Part shown: positions 19,437-28,867 of the stretch, piece after piece
Layout of the letters: every line of letters starts with the position of its first letter
Numbering within the stretch: the first letter of the stretch is position 1
Source of the DNA: an uncultured delta proteobacterium
Lineage (GTDB): Bacteria; Desulfobacterota; Syntrophorhabdia; Syntrophorhabdales; WCHB1-27
DNA length: 64,000 nucleotides
Assembly (NCBI GenBank): GCA_963810935.1
Contig: CAWEPK010000009.1
Coordinates: forward strand, 160,001-224,000
Direction: 5' to 3'
The notes under the pieces: model-generated
The model's input: only the letters and a program-made list of their open reading frames with translations
The model's database searches: none
What the model was told of the DNA's origin: nothing
Translations under genes and position numbers: made by a program

Positions 19437-21098
19437 GTGAAAACCAGGTTAATGGGTCTGGCAGCCCTGACATGTGTTACTCTCGTTACGCTCGTCCTCG
19501 TCTCCGTCGTTGCGCGCGGGGCGACGCAGACCCACGACAGGCGACCGGGCGAGCAGCTCGTGGTGCGGAATATCGTTGCGGGCCAGGACATCACGAGCCA
19601 CGAGTGGGGCATGGTCCGGCTGGAAGTGGGCATCGAGAGGAAGGGGGCGCCTAACAGCGGCAAGAGGGCGAAGGCGCGGCGGAGCCCGCTGAAGATTAAG
19701 GTGGACAACAAGGAAGTAGACTGCTACGTCGTCAGCTCATCGACCGGGTACGAGGGCAAAAAGACATACGCATATAAAACCGTAGCGATCCGGCTGGGTC
19801 CCCAGCCGGGCCCTAAGGTGATCACGGTACTTAACGACGGTCTTACGAAGAGCATACCCGTCAATTACAACCCTTCCGGCCAGCTCGAGTTCACGAACCT
19901 CTACGACCGCCAGGCCGTCTTCGGAAAGAAGCCGGTAATTATAAGCTGGTTCGGCTGCTACCTGGCGAAGGAGAGCGTCAAGATCAGCATAAACGGGGAA
20001 GCCCTGCCATCGGCAACAATGGAAAACCCACCTGAAGCGCCCGAGCTGCTGGCCGGCCGCATATCCGCGACGGAACGGCTTAACCAGGGCTCCAACAAAA
20101 TAAAAATAGAGGCCCTCGATGTCAAAGGCGCAAAATTCGAGAAAGAGCTGGTCATGCAATATTATCCGGAGAACAGGGTCCCTATAGGTGATGAGTTCGC
20201 CGTAAGCCTAGGCATGGAGGACCCAAAGTCCGGGCCTTACCACGACGTAACGGTTGAAGGCGCGAGCCTAGTTAAGACGGGTGAGACGGGCATCAGGCCG
20301 GGACCGGAGAGGATGGGAGGACAGACGGTCGTCCCGCCGGGCAAGGTTGTCCTGGCCTGGTTCAAGGCGGTAGGTCCCGGCGAAACCGCAATCGCCACCA
20401 AGGTGAAGCAGTATGCCACGGACGACCCGAAGGAGGTCGAGAGGGCGCGGGTGGCCGTCTACTATTCAGCGACGGCCGGGCTCTCGGAGGCGGAAAACGC
20501 CCTCGGCCTCCAGAAGTACGTTGTTAAAAACCTTTTCACATGCGGCATTCCGGGCGAATGGGTCAAGGCCGAGAACCCGGACGGTGAGAATAACGTCGTC
20601 GGAGTCAGCGCGTACGAAAAATCACCGCAGGACATGCCTGCCGCGAGGGTATCGATAGCCTTTTACAGCCCTGATTCGGCTGCCGGAAAAACCGGAGCGC
20701 AAGCCTATATCGACGCGCTCATGAAGGAGGTACAGCCGGAGAAAAGAAGCGATGACCCCGCCTTGATCAACTGGATCCTCAAGGCGTACGATGAGGTGGA
20801 AAAGAGAGTCTGGGAAGCCGTTGAGAAATGGCAGCCGGAGCAAAGCGTGCCGCCCGTCATGAAACTCATGGAGGCGACTATAGCGGGGAGACAGGCCAGG
20901 GTGGTAGAGCGCAACGCATTCTTCGTCAAGTCTAAAATGATCGTTTTTAAGAGCAGGATCCCCGTGGCGGAGAGGTTTGTCGTGATCCCGGCGGACGCGG
21001 GCTTTTACGTCCTCAGCTTCAGCACGCCCGCTTCCGACGCCGAAAAGAACCGGGAGCTTTTCGCGACTATAACAGGCTCGTTTAGGCCGCTGAAATAG
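19437..21098 (+). CDS. Exported multidomain hypothetical protein
   Basis: N-terminal signal/anchor helix, beta-rich (Ig-like) middle, C-terminus loosely PsbP/Mog1-like (FYVLSFSTP...FATITGSFRPL). Confidence 0.7.
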   Translation: MKTRLMGLAALTCVTLVTLVLVSVVARGATQTHDRRPGEQLVVRNIVAGQDITSHEWGMVRLEVGIERKGAPNSGKRAKARRSPLKIKVDNKEVDCYVVSSSTGYEGKKTYAYKTVAIRLGPQPGPKVITVLNDGLTKSIPVNYNPSGQLEFTNLYDRQAVFGKKPVIISWFGCYLAKESVKISINGEALPSATMENPPEAPELLAGRISATERLNQGSNKIKIEALDVKGAKFEKELVMQYYPENRVPIGDEFAVSLGMEDPKSGPYHDVTVEGASLVKTGETGIRPGPERMGGQTVVPPGKVVLAWFKAVGPGETAIATKVKQYATDDPKEVERARVAVYYSATAGLSEAENALGLQKYVVKNLFTCGIPGEWVKAENPDGENNVVGVSAYEKSPQDMPAARVSIAFYSPDSAAGKTGAQAYIDALMKEVQPEKRSDDPALINWILKAYDEVEKRVWEAVEKWQPEQSVPPVMKLMEATIAGRQARVVERNAFFVKSKMIVFKSRIPVAERFVVIPADAGFYVLSFSTPASDAEKNRELFATITGSFRPLK

Positions 21099-21130
21099 CG
21101 CCTGCGGGAGGCGGACGCGCCGGGTAAGGA

Positions 21131-22053
21131 TTATCCGCCGGATGTGTAAACAGCGTAGGCGTCATCTACGCTCCTGTCCTCTATCGTGAGGGCATATATG
21201 GCGTTGCACATCCTGACCGCGTCCTGAAGCGGCTTCTGGTGCACGTTCCTGCCGGTGGCGTTTCCCGCACTCCACTCACGTGTATCTGGTCGTGGAGCCT
21301 TTGCAGGAAGACGCGGACGTCGTCACTCTCACCGCCTGCGCAGACGACCTTCGTCCTGCCGGCGGCCAGTACCGCCTCCTTCAACGCCTCGGCCGGGTTT
21401 GCACCTTCTTTCTTCGGAAAGTTCACCTTGACGAAATCGCTGCCGAGGCAGGCGGCGACGCCCGCAGCGCCGGCGATGAGGTGCGGGTCTTTCTCGTCTT
21501 TGACCGCCTTGCCGCGCGGATACATCCATAGCACGGACACGTACCCTCGGAGGTGCGCCTCGTAGACGGTCCGGGCCGCCTCCACCAGCATCTCCGACTC
21601 GTGCTCGCTCCCGAGGTAGATCGTATAGCCGACGCCCATAATCCGCAGGCCGCTGTTCCTGTGGAACTCGGCCACGTGCCCTACGTCGAACCATCGCGCG
21701 CTCAGCGGGTCGCACTGCGCGGTCTTGACCAGGTTTGTCTTAGAGTTGAGCTTGACGAGGTACTGGACGCCCGGGTAGTCCCGGCCGTATCGCGCTATCA
21801 GCCCCAATTGGGCGGCAAAGACGCCTATCCGCGCTTTGTCCGCTATACGGAAAAGGTGCTAGGGGTCGTTGTCGTCCGCGGAGATGCCCTCCCCGTAGAA
21901 ATCGTCGTTCAGGTGCTCGACCTTCTGGTCGCCGGCAAAAAGCATCAGCCGTCCCGTCTTTCGCGTGACCGCCGTGTAATTCATTGCATAAGTCTCGCTC
22001 GCCGCCTGCGGCACATCCGCGGGCACGCATACGCTGTCGATCTTGGTCGTCAT
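21131..22053 (-). pseudogene. Class I (DhnA-type) fructose-bisphosphate aldolase, interrupted (pseudogene or sequence errors)
   Basis: ATG 22053 with AAGGAGG RBS; FAGDQKVEH, VKLNSKT, LWMYPRG, GSDFVKVN. In-frame TAG at 21859-21861, and a frameshift near 21270 after which GNATGRNVHQKP...YTSGG* ends at 21131. Confidence 0.85.
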
Positions 22054-22181
22054 GATCTCCTCCTTCGTCAGGCTGCCTGTTTGAACTTCTCTTTTTATCT
22101 TATGCCTGCCCGCCTTAAATGTCAGATGGGTCTGTTCCTGTGCGCCCGTCTTTCCGTGTATGCCGCGAATGTCTCGAACGC

Positions 22182-22210
22182 TTGACAAGAACATGCCTCC
22201 AGCATACCTT
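22182..22210 (+). promoter_or_regulatory. Putative sigma70 promoter for pfk
   Basis: TTGACA-17 nt-TACCTT. Confidence 0.5.
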
Positions 22211-22269
22211 ATAGGTAAGCTTTCAACTTTGTTTGGTGTATACAATACCGTGCAGCGGGAGGGTAACCG

Positions 22270-23436
22270 GTGCAGAAGCGAAGGGTAGGCATTCTCACCG
22301 GCGGCGGCGATGTCCCCGGTCTCAATGTCGCCATAAAGGCTGTCGTATCACAGGCCGAGAACCATGCCATCCAGGTAATGGGCATCAGGACCGGATGGAA
22401 AGGGCTCATGTGCGTCAATCCGGACGACCCGGAAACCATCTCCAGGTTTATCCTCGACCTCAACACGGAGAACGTGCGGACCATCGACCGGACGGGCGGT
22501 ACTTTCCTTCATACCTCGCGCACCAACCCCAGCAACGTATTGCCTGAAGAGGTCCCCGATTTCATCCGGCAGGAGGACAGGGCGCAGACGGCGAAGGGCA
22601 CCGTCGATTGCACGCGCCATATCCTGAGGGTGCTTGATAAGCTGGGCGTAGAGGCGATGATACCCATCGGCGGCGACGATACGCTCAGCTTTGCCAGCCG
22701 CCTGCACAAAGAGGGCTTCAAAGTGGTGGCTATACCGAAGACGATGGACAACGATGTCTTCGGGACCGATTTCTGCATCGGTTTTTCAACCGCAGTCACG
22801 CGCTCGGTTGCAGCCATCCATGCCCTTCGCACGACCGTTGGCTCACACGAGCGCATCGGCGTAATAGAGCTTTTCGGAAGGAATTCGGGGGAAACCTCCC
22901 TTTTTGCCGCATATCTCGCAGACGTAGACCGGGCAGTCATTTCTGAAGTCCCCTTCGATATCGAAAAGCTGGCGCAGTTCCTGCGTGACGACCGGGCCGG
23001 CAATCCTTCCCACTACGCGATCATGACCATATCGGAGGGCGCCTACTTCAAGGGGGGCACCATCTTAGAAAGCGGGGAGGCGGACGCGTACGGCCATAAG
23101 AAGCTGGGCGGGATCGGCTCCGTCGTCGCCGGCGAGATCAGGAACCGGACCGGGATAAACATCATATACCAGCAGCTAGCCTACTTGATGCGCTCGGGCG
23201 CCCCCGATTCGCTCGACCGCATTGTCTCCGTATCGTACGGGATACTGGCACTCGACCAGATAGCCCACGGCGTCACCGGCCGGATGGTCGCGCTGCAGCA
23301 GGGCATCTACACTACGGTTCCGCTGGAGCTGGTCACGGCCGCCAAAAAACGCGTGGACGTGACTGCGCTTTACGATTCCGAGAACTACAGGCCCAAGGTG
23401 CAGAACATGCTGGGCAAGCCCATGTTCCTCTACTAA
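22270..23436 (+). CDS. 6-phosphofructokinase, probably PPi-dependent type
   Basis: [25 protein letters not shown] (Asp rather than Gly) and PKTMDND, the signature usually associated with PPi use. Confidence 0.88.
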   Translation: MQKRRVGILTGGGDVPGLNVAIKAVVSQAENHAIQVMGIRTGWKGLMCVNPDDPETISRFILDLNTENVRTIDRTGGTFLHTSRTNPSNVLPEEVPDFIRQEDRAQTAKGTVDCTRHILRVLDKLGVEAMIPIGGDDTLSFASRLHKEGFKVVAIPKTMDNDVFGTDFCIGFSTAVTRSVAAIHALRTTVGSHERIGVIELFGRNSGETSLFAAYLADVDRAVISEVPFDIEKLAQFLRDDRAGNPSHYAIMTISEGAYFKGGTILESGEADAYGHKKLGGIGSVVAGEIRNRTGINIIYQQLAYLMRSGAPDSLDRIVSVSYGILALDQIAHGVTGRMVALQQGIYTTVPLELVTAAKKRVDVTALYDSENYRPKVQNMLGKPMFLY

Positions 23437-23458
23437 AAGCGCCGGACCGCGCACTGGA

Positions 23459-24646
23459 ATGGTCTACCTCGACGACATAAAGGCGGCCGGGAAGTTGATA
23501 GAGAGCGCGGTCCATAAAACCCCTCTCCTCCATTCAAGCTCCCTTTCTCTTCTGACGGGGGCAGACGTTTACATCAAGGCCGAATACCTTCAAAAAACGG
23601 GCTCCTTCAAAGTCAGGGGCGCGTTCAACAAGATGGCGCATGCAGGGAAAGGACGCGTGGCTGCGGCATCGATGGGAAACCACGCCCAGGCAGTCGCTTA
23701 CGCTGCCCGCAGGATGGGGATGCAGGCGCTCATTGTCATGCCGAAAACGGTGTCGATAGTGAAGGAAGAGGCTACGCGCTCATACGGGGCGGAAGTGCTG
23801 CTTTGGGGCGACACGTTTCAGGAGGCCCTGGATCATGCCCTCTCCCTGAAAGGCTATACCTTCGTCCACGCGTACGACGACGAGCAGGTCATCGCGGGGC
23901 AGGGGACTGTATGCCTGGAGATAGCGGAGGAGCTCGACGCGATCGACGCGGTCCTTGTCCCGGTGGGCGGCGGCGGCCTGATCGCGGGTTGCGCCGTAGC
24001 AATGAAAGCGCTTTCCCCGGCCACCGAGGTCATAGGCGTCCAGACGAAGGCGGCCCCTTCGGCCGTCCTGTCCTTCGAGGAGGGGAAGCCCCTGAGCGTC
24101 CCTCCTGAAAGGACGCTGGCCGACGGCATCGCCGTCGGAAGGGTCGGCGAAAGAACCCTGCCCCTGATAAGGGAATATGTGGACGGGATGCTTAGTGTCG
24201 GGGAGGACGCCATAGCGATGGCCATCCTCCTTTTGATGGAGCGAAGCAAGGCCGTAGTCGAAGGCGCGGGCGCGGCGCCGCTGGCCGCTCTTTTAGAGAA
24301 CAAGGAGCGGTTCAGGGGCAGGCGGGTCGCGCTGGTCGCAAGCGGCGGCAACATCGACCCGACCCTCTTGGACAGGATGATCTACAAGGGCCTTCTGACC
24401 TCCGGCAGGATCGTAACCTTTGAGGTCACGGCCGACGACGTGCCGGGAATTCTTTCCGCGCTGGCGGGCATCGTCGCAGCCCGCAGGGGCAACGTCCTCA
24501 ACGTCCGGCACGACAGGCTGCACGCTGACCTGCCCATAGGCAGGACAAGGGTCACCTTCGTCGTCGAGACGCGTAAGGCGGGCCACCTGGACGAGATTAT
24601 CGACGATATGAAGGCACGGGGCTACGAGGTAAGAAAGAACGGGTGA
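23459..24646 (+). CDS. Threonine ammonia-lyase (medium form, C-terminal ACT domain)
   Basis: QKTGSFKVRGA (PLP Lys), ASMGNHAQ, VPVGGGGL, ASGGNID, ACT-like C-terminus. Confidence 0.92.
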   Translation: MVYLDDIKAAGKLIESAVHKTPLLHSSSLSLLTGADVYIKAEYLQKTGSFKVRGAFNKMAHAGKGRVAAASMGNHAQAVAYAARRMGMQALIVMPKTVSIVKEEATRSYGAEVLLWGDTFQEALDHALSLKGYTFVHAYDDEQVIAGQGTVCLEIAEELDAIDAVLVPVGGGGLIAGCAVAMKALSPATEVIGVQTKAAPSAVLSFEEGKPLSVPPERTLADGIAVGRVGERTLPLIREYVDGMLSVGEDAIAMAILLLMERSKAVVEGAGAAPLAALLENKERFRGRRVALVASGGNIDPTLLDRMIYKGLLTSGRIVTFEVTADDVPGILSALAGIVAARRGNVLNVRHDRLHADLPIGRTRVTFVVETRKAGHLDEIIDDMKARGYEVRKNG

Positions 24647-24665
24647 AAAGAAGCGTCGCTTCTTT

Positions 24666-24839
24666 CTATTTACGGCCTTTTTTGGCCCGCGTTATCGACG
24701 CCCTCATCGATTTGACTTCCCTGCAGTAATCGCACATGCCCTCAGCGTCGAGCAGGTCCGCAAAGACCTGTTTGCCGCACCTTGAGCAAGACTTAAACCA
24801 TGGCTTAACGACCGTTACGGTCGTTGCACTATTCTGCAT
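24666..24839 (-). CDS. Small Cys4 zinc-finger-like protein (57 aa)
   Basis: Manual translation MQNSATTVTVVKPWFKSCSRCGKQVFADLLDAEGMCDYCREVKSMRASITRAKKGRK*; CxxC-x14-CxxC. Confidence 0.6.
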   Translation of the reverse strand: MQNSATTVTVVKPWFKSCSRCGKQVFADLLDAEGMCDYCREVKSMRASITRAKKGRK

Positions 24840-25072
24840 AGTTTTCCGGATTCCCGATGAAATGAAAAATGAACGAGTCCATTCTATCCTTCCCCCCGAT
24901 TTTGGTCAAGCAAATTCTTAAAAATTTTTTTATGCCGTCCCCAGGACCTTTTTCGCGCCTCTTCGGGTGGGTGTCCGGGGGTGTGCGAACCAAAATGATT
25001 GCAGGTTGACAGGGACGTGCTTCGTCTGATAGCATGGAGGCGAAAAGACCCGAACGGAAGAAAGGAAGGGGA

Positions 25073-25531
25073 ATGGACAGAAAAGAGGTAGGACCGGATT
25101 ACAGCGGCGAGTCTGTGGTCCTGCGGACCAGGCTGCACTGGGTTATAATAGCCGGCCCTGCCGCGCTCATGGTCATCGCCGGCCTTTCCCTGGAGCATAA
25201 AGGGACCTCCGCCGAGGTGGTCCTGGCCCTTGCAGTCCTTTGGGGCATCTTTTCCTCGATAAGCTTCGAGCGGTCCGAGATCGTGCTGACAAAAGCAAGG
25301 CTCCTTCTGAAGGTGGGTTTCCCGTGGCGCCGCTCGTACGATTTTCCCCTTGCCGACGTTCAGGACGTAATCGTATATCAGCCTTCCTTAGGAAAGTTTC
25401 TCGACTTCGGCAAGATAACGATCAGGCGGAAGAACGGCAAAAGGTCGGTCTTCCGGATGGTAAGGTCGCCCCACGTGCTTGCTCAGGCGATATACGAGCA
25501 ACAGCAAGCCGGAGCGCCGGGGAACGAATAG
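25073..25531 (+). CDS. Membrane protein with bacterial PH (bPH_2/YdbS-like) domain
   Basis: RTRLHW, two TMs, EIVLT..RL, VYQPSLGKFLDFGKITI; start placed at ATG 25073 after a GGAAGGGG RBS. Confidence 0.8.
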   Translation: MDRKEVGPDYSGESVVLRTRLHWVIIAGPAALMVIAGLSLEHKGTSAEVVLALAVLWGIFSSISFERSEIVLTKARLLLKVGFPWRRSYDFPLADVQDVIVYQPSLGKFLDFGKITIRRKNGKRSVFRMVRSPHVLAQAIYEQQQAGAPGNE

Positions 25532-25609
25532 CCTTTTGTCGGCTGCCTCTCTTCACTTTCGGCTCCTGCCGGGAATCCCGCGTGCATTATCCTTTCACCC
25601 GCGCTTCTG

Positions 25610-25638
25610 TTGACAAAAATCGCGCAAACGCTTACCAT
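25610..25638 (+). promoter_or_regulatory. Putative sigma70 promoter
   Basis: TTGACA-17 nt-TACCAT, about 170 nt upstream of the B12 radical SAM gene. Confidence 0.55.
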
Positions 25639-25809
25639 TGATAGGAACGGCGAGCGATAAGCAGGGTACTCTCGCATGGGGGCAGGTTACCCGGTGTGTC
25701 GGCGGTCGCCCGGACCTAAAAGAAAGCGGCACTTGCGCTCGCTTGCCTTTCTTTAATAGCTGCAAAGCAGATCCAAAGGAAAATTAGCGCGCTTCGCGGG
25801 AGATGATGG

Positions 25810-27123
25810 ATGAGACTTTCAATTATCCAGCCGTCGCATTACCGCTCAAAGAGCGACAGGTCGATTTTGAAGATAAAAAAGCGGCGTTTGACGGGCCTCA
25901 CGCTTCCCTATCTCGCGGCCCTTACGCCCGCCGGCTGGGACATCAGCCTGATCGACGAGCAGCTTACGGATATCGATTTCGATGCCCCGGTCGACCTGGC
26001 GGCCATCACGACGTGGACGATCAACTCCTTAAGGGCATATGAGATTGCGGATAATTTCAGGCGGCGTGGAGTGCCCGTTATCATGGGCGGCCCGCATACT
26101 TACTTTTACCCGGAGGAATCTGCCGCGCACTGCGATGCGGTCGGCATCGGCGAGGGGGAGAACATCTGGCCCGCGATGCTCGACGATTTCGCAAACGGGC
26201 GCCTCCGGAAGCTTTACAGCGCCCCCCATTCGCCGGACCTTGCGGACTTGCCCATGCCGCGATACGACCTGCTCGATTTTTCGAGATATACGCGAATAAA
26301 GACATACTCCGTACAGTCCTCGCGCGGCTGCCCATTCGAGTGCGAGTTCTGCTCGGAGCGCTTCTACCTCGGCCACCGCTACCGGTACCGGCCGGTAGCG
26401 GACGTAATCGCCGAGATCAGGCGCACCGGGGCGCACTACATCCTGTTCGCAGACAGTAATTTCGCCGGAAAACCGTCCCACACCAAAGAGCTGATGAAGG
26501 AACTCATCCCTCTGAAGGTACGCTGGTCCGCCCTGTGGCCCGCCTACCTCTGCAACGACCGGGAAATGATGAACCTCGCGGCGAAAAGCGGTCTCCTCCA
26601 CCTGAACATCGGCATCGAGAGCATCGACCAGGAGACGCTCATGGGGCTGAACAAATCGAGCAACAAGGTCAAGCAGTACAGGGAGATCCTGGGTAACCTG
26701 CGGAAAAGGAATATAAGCTACTCCCTCAATTTCATTTTCGGAACGGACACCGAAAAGGCGGACATCTTTACGTCAACCCTCGCTTTTCTGCGGGACGAGA
26801 AAGTCCCGGCCGCCTACTTCAACATACTTACCCCGCACAAAGGAACGCCGCTTTACGACCGCATGGCGGCAGAAGACAGGATCATCGATATCGACGGCAT
26901 AGGAAGGTGGCCCGGCATCCACTGCCACATAAAACCGAGCTACTGCTCCGCCGAGGAGATGGAAACGCACGTCAGGACTATGTACCGGAAGTTTTACAGC
27001 CTGCCCTCGATGCTCGCCCGCCTCTCCTTTCCGGTCAGGCAGACAGACATCGCATCATGGATGGTAAACCTCGAGCAGCGAAGGGTCTCCAGGACGGAGA
27101 CGGAGAACTTCGACTATTACTGA
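25810..27123 (+). CDS. B12-binding-domain radical SAM protein
   Basis: LTLPYLAALTP, MGGPH, GEGE, SRGCPFECEFC, IGIES, TPHKGTPLY. Confidence 0.9.
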   Translation: MRLSIIQPSHYRSKSDRSILKIKKRRLTGLTLPYLAALTPAGWDISLIDEQLTDIDFDAPVDLAAITTWTINSLRAYEIADNFRRRGVPVIMGGPHTYFYPEESAAHCDAVGIGEGENIWPAMLDDFANGRLRKLYSAPHSPDLADLPMPRYDLLDFSRYTRIKTYSVQSSRGCPFECEFCSERFYLGHRYRYRPVADVIAEIRRTGAHYILFADSNFAGKPSHTKELMKELIPLKVRWSALWPAYLCNDREMMNLAAKSGLLHLNIGIESIDQETLMGLNKSSNKVKQYREILGNLRKRNISYSLNFIFGTDTEKADIFTSTLAFLRDEKVPAAYFNILTPHKGTPLYDRMAAEDRIIDIDGIGRWPGIHCHIKPSYCSAEEMETHVRTMYRKFYSLPSMLARLSFPVRQTDIASWMVNLEQRRVSRTETENFDYY

Positions 27124-27318
27124 AAGTCCTACATCCGCGTAGACAACTATGCACGGTCCTACCTTTATGTAGCTTTCGGGGCGCCTTATTGGCTGTTGGA
27201 CGCCCCCCACACAGATTTACGCGCGACGGTTTTTATCTCTTTTTGACGCTTTGCGCCGACATTTTTACGCACAACCGATATGCAAACGTATAAGCTAGCG
27301 AGGAGACCATACAATGTA

Positions 27319-27334
27319 TGGCACGGTTATTGAT
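27319..27334 (+). promoter_or_regulatory. Putative sigma54 (-24/-12) promoter for the porin
   Basis: TGGCACGGTTATTGAT: perfect TGGCAC, correct GG-N10 spacing, GA instead of GC at -12. Confidence 0.5.
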
Positions 27335-27388
27335 ATAACGGGAGCCAGCAGGTTCTCTGTGTCGCTAATAAAGCAAGGAGGTGTGGGT

Positions 27389-28816
27389 ATGAAAGGTGTG
27401 GCATCAATCTTGGTCGGTTTGCTGCTTCTTGTTTCTTGGTGCGGATCGGTTTATGCGCAGGAAAAAGGAGCGGCGGTGCCGGAGGCCGGGAAGGATAGCT
27501 CGCCGAAGGTCGGCGACATGACGCTGGACGATCTGAAGAAAGCACTCGCAGCGCCACCGGCAGCACAGCCGGCCGCGCCACCGGCAGCACAGCCGGCCGC
27601 CCCACCGGCTGCAGCGCCGGCGCAAGGGACCGCACCGGCAGCCGCGGAGGCCCCAAAAGATACTTCTCCCAAGGTCGGCAACATGACGCTGGACGAGGTC
27701 AGAAAGGCCATCGGCTTCAGCGCCTATTTCCAGGGAGGATATCTCTTTAACACGAGGGACCCGGTCTCGCAGGAAAACCAGTTGCGGCTCTTCGACCATA
27801 AGGCCAACAGCTTCGGTCTTGACCTCGCGCAGTTGAGGTTCCAGAAGGACGCCGCCGACCCCGACAGCTTAGGCTATAATTTCAGGTTCTCCTTCGGGGA
27901 GACGGCCAAATTCATCCATTCGAGGGGACTCGGCCCTCAATTCAACAACCTCAACCCCGGAACGAGCGACATCCGGGACACGACCCCCTTCGACCTGACG
28001 GTGGCGAATGTGACATATAACGCTCCTCTCGGCAAGGGCCTCCAGTTTACTTTCGGCAAGTTTGCGACGCCTATGGGAGCGGAGGTTATAGAGGCATTGG
28101 ACAATATGAACTATTCGCGGTCCTTTCTCTTTAATTACGCCATACCCTTTACCCACACCGGCGTAAAGGCCTACTATCCCTTCTCAGACGCATTCAACGT
28201 CGCATTTTACGTAGTGAACGGATGGGACAATACGAACGACAATAACAACGGCAAGACGGTCGGGGTCTCTTTCGGCATTACGCCCGTGAAGCCCGTCACC
28301 TTCGCCTTCAACTTCATGTATGGGCCCGAGCAGGACAACAACAGCAGCAACGAGCGCTTCCTCTTCGACTGGGTGGCCACGTTCAACGCTACGGACAAGT
28401 TGACCTTCGTCCTGAACACGGACTATGCGACTGAGCAGGGTGTTTCCACCGCCCTTGGCACCGTTAACACGAAGTGGTACGGCGTCGCCGGCTACGCGAA
28501 ATACCAGTTCACCAATATATTCGCGGTAGCGCTGCGCGGCGAATGGTTCAAAGACCCGGACGGAGCGCGGACGACCTACACCACGCTGCCTGATGCCAGC
28601 GTCCTGCCGACGGGCATCGGCCAGACGCTCAAGGAAATTACGCTCACGCCCGAGTTCAAGGTTGCGAAGAACCTAATCGTGCGGCCTGAGTACCGCCACG
28701 ACTGGTCCGACAAGAACTCGTTCGGCGCCATCGGCTCCGCGCCTGTCGCGCTGCCCTCCGGACACGACAAGACGCAGGACACCATTGCAGTCGGTGTGAT
28801 GTACCTTTTTCAGTAA
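27389..28816 (+). CDS. Outer-membrane beta-barrel porin (DUF1597/BBP2-like)
   Basis: AAGGAGG RBS; signal peptide; FGKFATPMGAEVI, NYSRSFLFNYAIPFTHTG, VVNGWD, RPEYRHD; terminal aromatic YLF. Confidence 0.85.
   Translation: MKGVASILVGLLLLVSWCGSVYAQEKGAAVPEAGKDSSPKVGDMTLDDLKKALAAPPAAQPAAPPAAQPAAPPAAAPAQGTAPAAAEAPKDTSPKVGNMTLDEVRKAIGFSAYFQGGYLFNTRDPVSQENQLRLFDHKANSFGLDLAQLRFQKDAADPDSLGYNFRFSFGETAKFIHSRGLGPQFNNLNPGTSDIRDTTPFDLTVANVTYNAPLGKGLQFTFGKFATPMGAEVIEALDNMNYSRSFLFNYAIPFTHTGVKAYYPFSDAFNVAFYVVNGWDNTNDNNNGKTVGVSFGITPVKPVTFAFNFMYGPEQDNNSSNERFLFDWVATFNATDKLTFVLNTDYATEQGVSTALGTVNTKWYGVAGYAKYQFTNIFAVALRGEWFKDPDGARTTYTTLPDASVLPTGIGQTLKEITLTPEFKVAKNLIVRPEYRHDWSDKNSFGAIGSAPVALPSGHDKTQDTIAVGVMYLFQ
27551..27609 (+). 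repeat. 24-nt in-frame tandem repeat encoding an APPAAQPA linker
   Basis: GCGCCACCGGCAGCACAGCCGGCC twice plus a partial third copy. Confidence 0.9.
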
Positions 28817-28835
28817 AATCAAGAAGGATGGAAAC

Positions 28836-28866
28836 AAAACGCCGGGCGGAGCCGCCCGGCGTTTTT
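28836..28866. terminator. Bidirectional intrinsic terminator
   Basis: AAAACGCCGGGCGG-AG-CCGCCCGGCGTTTTT between convergent genes. Confidence 0.85.
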
Positions 28867-28867
28867 C

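Noticed and set aside
21859..21861. Pyrrolysine readthrough of the aldolase TAG
   Set aside because: The position likely corresponds to Glu (a single G-to-T change), the gene also has a frameshift, no pyl genes are in the window, and TAG is used as a normal stop elsewhere
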